Below, one piece after another: positions 1 to 6,348 of a stretch of DNA of 30,388 nucleotides. This DNA comes from a bacterium (GTDB lineage: Archaea > Thermoplasmatota > Thermoplasmata > Lutacidiplasmatales > UBA184): assembly GCA_021832495.1 (NCBI GenBank), contig JAKBKR010000001.1, forward strand, positions 1 through 30,388, in the 5' to 3' direction. The position numbers and the translations under genes were made by a program. The notes under the pieces were generated by a model that worked only from the letters and a program-made list of their open reading frames with translations, made no database searches and was not told the DNA's origin. Each line of letters begins with the position of its first letter. The first letter of the stretch is position 1.

Positions 1-2
1 TC

Positions 3-521
3 ATCGCCCTAAAGTTCGCTGCCTACTTCTTCTTCGCATCCTTCGTCTTGGGAGCCGGATACCAGCCGACACCGCCTGCCGTGGCCCGCCGCATGGTGGA
101 ACTGGCCGATGTGGGGAGGGGCGACCATGTGGTCGACCTCGGGGCCGGGACCGGGGCCCTCGTTTTCCTCTCGGCGCGGAGGGGTGCCGAGGTCACGGGG
201 GTCGAGGCGGAGCCCCTCCGGTATCTCTTCCTGCGACTCCGGCGGGCCACGAACCCCTTTCGGAGCCGGATCCACTTGGTCCGCAAAAATATGTTCGGCT
301 TCGACCTGAAAGGGGCTACGGTGGTTCTCCTGTTCCTGTGGCCTGGTGCGATGCAGCGCCTTCAACCCAAGTTAGAGAGCGAGCTCGTGGCCGGGGCAAG
401 GGTGGTCAGCTATTGGCATCCCGTACCGGGTTGGGTCCCGGATGTGGAGGACCCGAGGCACCGGGTTTACTACTACGTCCGAAAGCCCACGTCGATGGGT
501 CCGGTTGGAAGGGACCGCTAG
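3..521 (+). CDS. Class I SAM-dependent methyltransferase, FAM173/archaeal lysine-methyltransferase-like (5' end outside window)
   Basis: Frame is open from the window edge (IALKFAAYFFFASFVLGAGYQPTP, a hydrophobic segment). Motif I VVDLGAGTG; later VVLLFLWP and GARVVSY fit the FAM173/aKMT-type pattern. Confidence 0.8.
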   Translation: MALKFAAYFFFASFVLGAGYQPTPPAVARRMVELADVGRGDHVVDLGAGTGALVFLSARRGAEVTGVEAEPLRYLFLRLRRATNPFRSRIHLVRKNMFGFDLKGATVVLLFLWPGAMQRLQPKLESELVAGARVVSYWHPVPGWVPDVEDPRHRVYYYVRKPTSMGPVGRDR

Positions 522-1423
522 AGCCGGCGAAGCTCGATGCGGGCGTTCGCGCGGATCCCGAGGAGGTCCCGGGCGCGCCCCCGGTTCACGGCGAGCTCTA
601 GGAGGCCAAAACTTGAACCGATGGCCCCCAGCCCTCCACTCGGGACCTCCTCGTAGGTACGGGCGATGTTCGCCCGGAAGGTCCGACCCTCGGCGGACAC
701 GGCGACCGTGCCTCCGGGGGCGCCGAAGCGTTCGGCGAACTCGCTGGTCGGGAGGTTCGTGATGAGGTTCCCGAAGTGATCGACGTGGAGCACCATCACG
801 GAGGAACCCCCAGAGATTGGGGTCGGGCTAGGGATCCTGAGATGCATGAATTCAGTAGGGGTACCGATGTCGTGGATGGTCTTGCCCATCGCTAGGAGTG
901 CCGCCGCCCGTGCGAAGAGGTCCCGTCCCTCGAAGGTTGGGCTCAGGGGAGCGTCCGGGGCGACCCGGTCGGGGTCCAGCCGGACCGCCCTGGGATCTCC
1001 CAAGAAATCGGCCAAGGGGGCCAAGAGACCGTTGTCGGGGCCAACGAGATGGCTCCCATCCCCGCAGGCGATGGCGAGGGGGGCCCGCCTTCCTCCTACC
1101 CCGGGATCGACGATCCCGATATGGATCGTCCGTGGAGGAAACCAAGACCCCGCATGGCGAAGGAGGAACGCGCCCTCCAGGATCTGGTGGGAACCGACCT
1201 CGTGCGTCACGTCCACGATGCGTAGGTCCGGCACTGCACGGAGGAGCACTGCCTTCATTTGGGCGGCGTAGCTCCAGCCGATGTCCGTGGTGAGCGCAAC
1301 GATCGGTGGTACAGGAGGCGGTGCGGGTAGAGCGATCCCGCGAACGGGCAGAGGGGCCGATTGGGAAGTAACTTTGCGGGGTTCAGAGGCTCGGGTCGAA
1401 GGTCTGCGGGCCGGCCGCTTCAC
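518..1423 (-). CDS. SAM hydroxide adenosyltransferase / chlorinase-fluorinase family protein (DUF62)
   Basis: Motifs ALTTDIG, IVDVTHEV, IVDPGVG, LVGPDNGLL, TFEGRDLF, VDHFGNLITN, IGSSFGLLELAVN. GTG at 1423 overlaps the upstream stop (GTGA). The longer 1813 start runs through two other genes. Confidence 0.9.
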   Translation of the reverse strand: MKRPARRPSTRASEPRKVTSQSAPLPVRGIALPAPPPVPPIVALTTDIGWSYAAQMKAVLLRAVPDLRIVDVTHEVGSHQILEGAFLLRHAGSWFPPRTIHIGIVDPGVGGRRAPLAIACGDGSHLVGPDNGLLAPLADFLGDPRAVRLDPDRVAPDAPLSPTFEGRDLFARAAALLAMGKTIHDIGTPTEFMHLRIPSPTPISGGSSVMVLHVDHFGNLITNLPTSEFAERFGAPGGTVAVSAEGRTFRANIARTYEEVPSGGLGAIGSSFGLLELAVNRGRARDLLGIRANARIELRRL

Positions 1424-1752
1424 GACTTCATGATCGCCACGAGGAACAGCCCCACAGCGATGAGCGCACCCACGACCGCGGCGATCAGGATGAGCGCCGC
1501 CTCCTCCACCACGGCCAAGAGGTGTCCGGAGGTCATGTGATACTCGTATCCAGCGAACAAGCCGACGACGAGTCCGACCACGAGCAGAACGACACCGATC
1601 GTCCGGCTCTTGCCACTGCCAAAGTAGGCGGTGAAGATACCGGCAAGGATCATGAAGAGGGCGAAGACCAACGCGAGTATGATCAGGAACTCCAGGAGTC
1701 CAATGCCCTGGCAGGTCCAAGCGCTTCCGGCAACCGACGTGCAACCCGACAT
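1420..1752 (-). CDS. Small integral membrane protein (3 TM), hypothetical
   Basis: 110 aa, three hydrophobic helices, FTAYFGSGKSR loop; GGAGG SD upstream of ATG 1752. Confidence 0.8.
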   Translation of the reverse strand: MSGCTSVAGSAWTCQGIGLLEFLIILALVFALFMILAGIFTAYFGSGKSRTIGVVLLVVGLVVGLFAGYEYHMTSGHLLAVVEEAALILIAAVVGALIAVGLFLVAIMKS

Positions 1753-1772
1753 AGTTTCCTTCCTCCTCTAGT

Positions 1773-2006
1773 TCAGAACTTGATTCCCGTGAGGGTCTTG
1801 GTGTCGATGACACCCTTCACCGCCCGGATCTTGTCCACAACGACCTGTCCCAGGGCGTTGAAGTCCTCCGCTTCCACTTTGGCGATGAGGTCGTACTCTC
1901 CAAAGAGGGGGTGAAGCTCCACAATCTCCTTCACTTTGAGGAGCTCGGAGTATACTTCGTGTTCTTTGGCAGGCGCGGTACTGATCAGCACAAAACCCGT
2001 TGCCAT
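1773..2006 (-). CDS. Stand-alone Lrp/AsnC ligand-binding (RAM) domain protein
   Basis: 77 aa, GFVLI...LFGEYDLIAKVEAED...IRAVKGVIDTKT; no HTH. Confidence 0.9.
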   Translation of the reverse strand: MATGFVLISTAPAKEHEVYSELLKVKEIVELHPLFGEYDLIAKVEAEDFNALGQVVVDKIRAVKGVIDTKTLTGIKF

Positions 2007-2041
2007 CGGAGAACCCTTGGAGGGCCGGAGATGCCACTTTC

Positions 2042-2048
2042 TTTATAA
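2042..2048. promoter_or_regulatory. TATA box shared by divergent Lrp-domain and rrp4 genes
   Basis: TTTATAA (TTATAAA on the minus strand) lies about 35 nt from both ATG 2006 (-) and ATG 2083 (+) in an otherwise GC-rich spacer. Confidence 0.65.
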
Positions 2049-2082
2049 CTCTTCGTATGGTGGGGGTCGCCCGTCGAGTGAA

Positions 2083-2925
2083 ATGGAGCAGGAACGCCGC
2101 CCGGACCGAGGGTCCGGCCGAGGTCGAGGACGCCCGGGCGATGGGCACCGGCACGATGACCGCCGCCGCGATGATCGAGGACGGGACGGTCGACGCCAGG
2201 ATGACCGCCGCCGCGACGATCGGCGCCCTGAACGTCCCCCCCCGCTCGGACCCGAGCTGGTGAAGGAGCGGACGATCGTCCTTCCCGGGGAAGAATTGAA
2301 TGCCGGAGAGTTCCAGCCCGGTCCCGGGACATATCGGGCAGACGGCCGGATCTATGCCTCCGTTGCGGGTATCCTGAGCATCCGGGCCCCCATCGTCCGG
2401 GTCATTCCCTTTTCCGGCCCTTACATCCCGCAGCACGGGGATGTGGTCATCGCCGTCGTGAAGATCATTGGACCCACCTACTGGCTCGTGGACGTGGGGG
2501 CGCCGCACTACGCCCCGCTCCATTACTCGGGTACCCCTTGGAAGATTGAATATGGGGAATGCGGGGAGTACCTGCGCCCCGGCGACGCCATCGTGGTCCG
2601 GATCGAGGCAGTCGACCAGAACCAACGCATCGGGGTCACCATGAACGGGGACGGCCTCGGCCGCATCAACGGGGGGATCATCGAGCAGATATCCCCCACC
2701 AAGGTACCCCGGGTCATCGGGAAGAGCGGGAGCATGATCCGCCTCCTTGAAACGTCGACCGGCGCCCGGATGACCGTGGGCCAGAATGGCCGGGTCTGGA
2801 TCGACGGGAGCCAATCCAGCATCTACCAAGTGCGTCAAGCGCTACAGATCATCGATCGGGAGGGCCAGCGATCCGGGCTCACCGATCGCATCAAGCTCTT
2901 TTTAGAGCAATCACACTCTGCGTAA
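2083..2925 (+). CDS. rrp4: Exosome complex RNA-binding protein Rrp4 (S1+KH) with Arg/Asp-rich N-terminal extension
   Basis: IVLPGE, S1 domain YIPQHGDVVIAVV, KH domain KVPRVIGKSGSMI, GQNGRVWI; first gene of the exosome operon; ATG 2083. Confidence 0.95.
   Translation: MEQERRPDRGSGRGRGRPGDGHRHDDRRRDDRGRDGRRQDDRRRDDRRPERPPPLGPELVKERTIVLPGEELNAGEFQPGPGTYRADGRIYASVAGILSIRAPIVRVIPFSGPYIPQHGDVVIAVVKIIGPTYWLVDVGAPHYAPLHYSGTPWKIEYGECGEYLRPGDAIVVRIEAVDQNQRIGVTMNGDGLGRINGGIIEQISPTKVPRVIGKSGSMIRLLETSTGARMTVGQNGRVWIDGSQSSIYQVRQALQIIDREGQRSGLTDRIKLFLEQSHSA
2155..2222 (+). repeat. 23-nt direct repeat (45-nt period) inside the rrp4 5' extension
   Basis: GATGACCGCCGCCGCGATGATCG (2155-2177) and GATGACCGCCGCCGCGACGATCG (2200-2222), 22/23 identical; each encodes DDRRRDDR. 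Confidence 0.85.
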
Positions 2926-2941
2926 GAGAGGTAGAAAGAAC

Positions 2942-3697
2942 ATGGGAAGTGTTGGAGCAAAAGATGTCCCGGAGCTATTGGACGCGCACGGGAAGAGAAT
3001 CGATGGACGGGGCCTACATGATCTGCGGCCCCTCAAGATCGAGGCGGGAGTGCTGCAGCGGGCAACCGGCAGCGCCTTCGTCGAATGGGGAGAGAACAAG
3101 GTCATGGCGGCGGTCTACGGTCCACGGGAAGTGCACCCCCGCCACATGCAACAGAACACGAAGGCCGTGGTACAGTGCCGGTACAACATGGCCTCGTTCT
3201 CGGTGGACGAGCGCAAGCGCCCCGGGCTGGACCGGCGTTCCCAGGAGATCAGCAAGGTGATCGGGGAAGCCCTCGAGTCCGTCCTCTTTGTGGAGGAGTT
3301 CCCCAAGACATCCATCGGGATCTACATCGAGGTACTGCAGGCGAACGCCGGAACTCGCTGCGCCGGACTTGTGGCCGCGAGCGTGGCCCTCGCCGATGCC
3401 GGGATTCCCATGAGCGACCTCGTGCCCGCGGTCGCCGTGGGGAAGATCGCCGGGAAACTGGCCCTCGACCTCCGCAAGGAGGAGGACAACTACGGCGAGT
3501 CGGACGTGCCAATGGCCCTCGTGCCCCGCAGTGGCCGGCTGGTGCTCCTCCAGATGGAGGGACACATGACCCGCGACGAGCTCAAGACCGCCATGGACAT
3601 GGGGGTCAAGGGCTGTGAGAAGATCTACGAGATCCAGAAGGCCGCGCTCCGGAACCGGTACTCCCTGGGAGGGAACGGAGGAGGTGAGGCCCAATGA
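2942..3697 (+). CDS. rrp41: Exosome complex exonuclease Rrp41
   Basis: RNase PH fold: DGRGLHDLRP, GSAFVEWG, VYGPRE, AGTRCAG, acidic catalytic segment DLRKEEDNYGESDVP. Confidence 0.97.
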   Translation: MGSVGAKDVPELLDAHGKRIDGRGLHDLRPLKIEAGVLQRATGSAFVEWGENKVMAAVYGPREVHPRHMQQNTKAVVQCRYNMASFSVDERKRPGLDRRSQEISKVIGEALESVLFVEEFPKTSIGIYIEVLQANAGTRCAGLVAASVALADAGIPMSDLVPAVAVGKIAGKLALDLRKEEDNYGESDVPMALVPRSGRLVLLQMEGHMTRDELKTAMDMGVKGCEKIYEIQKAALRNRYSLGGNGGGEAQ

Positions 3698-4476
3698 CGA
3701 ATGAGGTCACGACCGAGATCCTCGCCACGCACGTCCTCGATCTCGCCAAGGCCGGAAAGCGTCTGGACGGGCGAGGGTTAGACGAGCTCCGGCCGGTGCG
3801 CATCACCCCTGGCTACGTGACGAGCGCCGATGGCAGCGCCCTCGTCGAGCTTGGCGACACCAAGGTCCTCTGTGGGGTCAAGCTCGAGCCCGGGACCCCC
3901 TTCCCGGATACCCCCAACGCCGGGGTGCTCACCACTAACGCGGAGATCGTGCCACTTTCTTCCCCGGAATACGAGCCGGGACCCCCCAGCATCCAGAGCA
4001 TCGAGCTTTCCCGCGTCGTCGACCGGGCCATCCGGGCCGCAGAAGCGATCGACTTGGCCAAGCTTTGCGTCACCCCGGGGGAGAAGTGCTGGACCTGCTT
4101 CGTCGACCTCCATGTCTTGGACGACTCCGGCAACCTTACCGATGCGGCCTTGCTCGCCGCCATGTCGGCCCTGAAGAACGCGAAGCTCCCGGGGGAGCGG
4201 TTCGAGATCGGACCCACCGTCCCGCTCGAGGTCAACCATCTCCCCATCGAGACGACCTTCGTGCGTATCGGGGATGCCCTGATCGTGGACCCGACCTGCG
4301 AGGAGGAGGACACCTGCCAGGGGCGCCTCACGATCGCGACCGATGAGGCCGGCAATGTGGTGGCCATGCAGAAGTCGATGGTCGGTGCCTTTTCACCCCA
4401 CGATGTGATCGAGCTCGTGGACCGGGCCCTGGTGCATGGGGACCGCCTGCGCGAGCTTATCAACACGACGAAGTAG
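3694..4476 (+). CDS. rrp42: Exosome complex component Rrp42
   Basis: RLDGRGLDELR, ADGSALVELGDTKV, EPGPP, SRVVDRAIR, DDSGNLTD; ATGA overlap with rrp41. Confidence 0.97.
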   Translation: MTNEVTTEILATHVLDLAKAGKRLDGRGLDELRPVRITPGYVTSADGSALVELGDTKVLCGVKLEPGTPFPDTPNAGVLTTNAEIVPLSSPEYEPGPPSIQSIELSRVVDRAIRAAEAIDLAKLCVTPGEKCWTCFVDLHVLDDSGNLTDAALLAAMSALKNAKLPGERFEIGPTVPLEVNHLPIETTFVRIGDALIVDPTCEEEDTCQGRLTIATDEAGNVVAMQKSMVGAFSPHDVIELVDRALVHGDRLRELINTTK

Positions 4477-4486
4477 GTACTGGACC

Positions 4487-4747
4487 ATGTCACGGCGAAC
4501 CAAGAGCGTCGGCTCCACGGGCTGGATGGGTCCCAAGTACGGGATCCGCATCCGGCGTCGGGTCCAAGAGGTGGACCGGGCCGCAAAGGCATCGTACGTC
4601 TGCCCGAAGTGTTCCACGATGACCGTTCGGCGCGTCGGCAGTGGGCTCTTCCACTGCCGCCGATGCGAACGGACCTTCGCCTCGGACTCCTACAACTTCC
4701 GTCCCCCGCCCTCGATCTTCCGGACCGAGACGACCGAGGAAAAGTAA
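4487..4747 (+). CDS. rpl37ae: 50S ribosomal protein L37Ae (eL43)
   Basis: RRTKSVGSTGWMGPKYG, zinc ribbon CPKC...CRRC; usual position after rrp42. Confidence 0.95.
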   Translation: MSRRTKSVGSTGWMGPKYGIRIRRRVQEVDRAAKASYVCPKCSTMTVRRVGSGLFHCRRCERTFASDSYNFRPPPSIFRTETTEEK

Positions 4748-4756
4748 TCCTGATGG

Positions 4757-4781
4757 GGTCTCCCGGGGCCACCGGGAGATC
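4757..4781 (+). terminator. Stem-loop after the exosome/rpl37ae operon, possible terminator or processing hairpin
   Basis: TCTCCCGG-GGCCA-CCGGGAGA perfect 8-bp stem (4759-4779), extendable by G.T and G-C pairs, followed by a short T-rich tract. Confidence 0.4.
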
Positions 4782-4788
4782 TTATTAT
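4782..4788 (+). promoter_or_regulatory. Candidate TATA box for the riboswitch-crcB transcript
   Basis: TTATTAT lies 22-28 nt upstream of the aptamer start at 4810. Confidence 0.5.
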
Positions 4789-4809
4789 CCTGCCACTGTG
4801 GGCCAAGAT

Positions 4810-4860
4810 GGGTGATGGAGTCCACCCTCAACCGCTCCTCCCTGAGCTGATGACTCCTGC
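4810..4860 (+). ncRNA. Fluoride riboswitch (crcB motif) aptamer
   Basis: GGGTGATGGAGTCCACCCTCAACCGCTCCTCCCTGAGCTGATGACTCCTGC: P1 GGGTG/CACCC, pseudoknot GGAGT(4817-21)/ACTCC(4853-57), P2 GCTC/GAGC, conserved CTGATGAC; sits directly upstream of crcB. Confidence 0.93.
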
Positions 4861-4935
4861 CCTCCCTCTCCGGGAGACGAAGGGGAGCGCCACTCCCCGA
4901 AGGGAAGGCAGCGAAACAAGGGAAGAGGAGCACTG

Positions 4936-5325
4936 ATGGACGAAGCCCAGCTTGGATTGGTCGCGCTGGTTGCGGTCGGTGGGGCGCTCGGGAGCGTCAC
5001 CCGCTATCTGATCTCCGGGGCCCTGACCCGAGGGGATTTCCCTTGGGGTACCTTCGCCGTGAATTTCACCGGGACGTTCCTCCTAGTCCTCGTGTTCTTT
5101 GCCAGCCAGCAGGGTGTTCTCATCGGAGCCCCAGAAAGGACCTTCCTTTTCGTAGGGATATTCGGTGGTTACACCACCTTCTCCACTTTCGGTCTTGAGA
5201 CGATCTCCCTCTTTTCCGAGGGTCGGGTGGCATGGGCCGTCGAAAACATCATGCTGAACTCCGGTCTCTGTCTGGTGGGGGCCTGGGTTGGGATGATGCT
5301 CGGCCTCCTCCTGACGCAGGTGTGA
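4936..5325 (+). CDS. crcB: Fluoride efflux channel CrcB/FluC
   Basis: GGALGSVTRY, FPWGTFAVNFTG, GIFGGYTTFSTF signature; 4 TM; SD GAGGAG. Confidence 0.97.
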   Translation: MDEAQLGLVALVAVGGALGSVTRYLISGALTRGDFPWGTFAVNFTGTFLLVLVFFASQQGVLIGAPERTFLFVGIFGGYTTFSTFGLETISLFSEGRVAWAVENIMLNSGLCLVGAWVGMMLGLLLTQV

Positions 5326-5327
5326 AG

Positions 5328-5657
5328 ATGGAGATCGCGGAGAACGCTGTCCGACTGAAGATCTACCTCGGGGAGTCCGACGTGTTCGAGGGAGTTCCGG
5401 CCTACAAGGCCGTCGTCCACTTTCTGCGCTCCCAGGGGATCTGGGGGGCCACGGTCATGATCGGGGCCTATGGCTATGGAAAGCGCAGCAAGATCCACTC
5501 GGTCCAACCCCTCCGTCTGAGTCAGGACTTGCCCGTCACCATAGAGGTCGTGGACAACCGGGAGAAGCTCGAGGCGCTTATCCCCGAGATCTCCCGTCGT
5601 GTGCAAGGGGGTCTCATCACCCTCGATGCGATCCAAGTCCTTCGCCACTTGGGTTAG
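5328..5657 (+). CDS. DUF190 (PII-like) protein
   Basis: RLKIYLGESD, GIWGATV...GYG, LSQDLPVTIEVVD; usual partner downstream of crcB. Alternative GTG start at 5322. Confidence 0.92.
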   Translation: MEIAENAVRLKIYLGESDVFEGVPAYKAVVHFLRSQGIWGATVMIGAYGYGKRSKIHSVQPLRLSQDLPVTIEVVDNREKLEALIPEISRRVQGGLITLDAIQVLRHLG

Positions 5658-5782
5658 CTCACTCCTTGCCAAAAGCCCTGCGGGGGGACCGGCATTGCCC
5701 GGGCGATCGGAACGGTTTAATGGATACTGCCCAGAGCGTAGGAGGCCATGGGGTCGGGTGGGTGGGCCCATCCGGCAGGATC

Positions 5783-6028
5783 TCAGGTGGAGGTTTCCGA
5801 CTTGGGGTCCGACGAAGCACTGCGGGACGGACTTTCCTTGGGGGTGGAGTCGCCCGTGGTCGGGGTGCAGAAATGGTGGCACTCAGAACAGAACGACTGG
5901 TTCCGAATCCGGCTGTGAGTTCTCATGAGGTGCCCACAGGTCGTGCACTTGGCATTCGGCGACTCGGGTTTACGGGAGGCGAGTTCGACCAATCGCGCTT
6001 GGATGGAGGCAACAGACCTTTTCGGCAC
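5783..6028 (-). CDS. Small Cys/His-rich putative zinc-binding protein
   Basis: 81 aa with CTTCGHLMRTH...FCSECHHFC; GTG start, no clear SD. Confidence 0.45.
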   Translation of the reverse strand: MPKRSVASIQARLVELASRKPESPNAKCTTCGHLMRTHSRIRNQSFCSECHHFCTPTTGDSTPKESPSRSASSDPKSETST

Positions 6029-6250
6029 GGCCGGTCCAAGACGATGGAGTACTTGGTTCTGACCACTACCAGGTAATGAACGCTCCCCGTCGCACCCCCT
6101 TCCCTTCCTTTACCCCACATAGATAGAGGGACGACTTCCTATTAGGTAAACCCTGTAGTTGTACACAATCCGTTCGCGGCCTGACTCCACCTACCTTTTG
6201 CTTCGGTGTACGGACTGGAAAACGAACGGGCTGCCCGATGGGTTTCCGAA

Positions 6251-6325
6251 CGGGCTCGCCGGGATTCGAACCCGGGTCGATGGCTCCGAAGGCCATCAGG
6301 ATGGTCCAGACTACCCCACGAGCCC
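6251..6325 (-). tRNA. tRNA-Arg(UCG), intronless, CCA not encoded
   Basis: Cloverleaf: acceptor GGGCTCG/CGAGCCC, anticodon stem ATGGC/GCCAT with loop CTTCGGA, T arm CCGGG-TTCGAAT-CCCGG, A20 in the D loop. Confidence 0.97.
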
Positions 6326-6348
6326 GTCGGCGGAAGAGACCGCCGAGC

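Noticed and set aside
518-1813. 431-aa DUF62 fusion
   Set aside because: The upstream part overlaps two genuine genes; a coupled GTG start exists at 1423.
1768-2838. Long antisense/alternate-frame ORFs (also 3813-4772, 15861-16805, 17065-18039, 18435-19460, 19253-20533, 20107-21201, 24801-25664)
   Set aside because: Shadow ORFs of GC-rich coding DNA: Arg/Pro/Gly-rich, no family motifs, overlapping well-supported genes.
4487-4935. Absence of rpoP/prefoldin after rpl37ae as a novelty
   Set aside because: The exosome superoperon is known to be variably fragmented among archaea.
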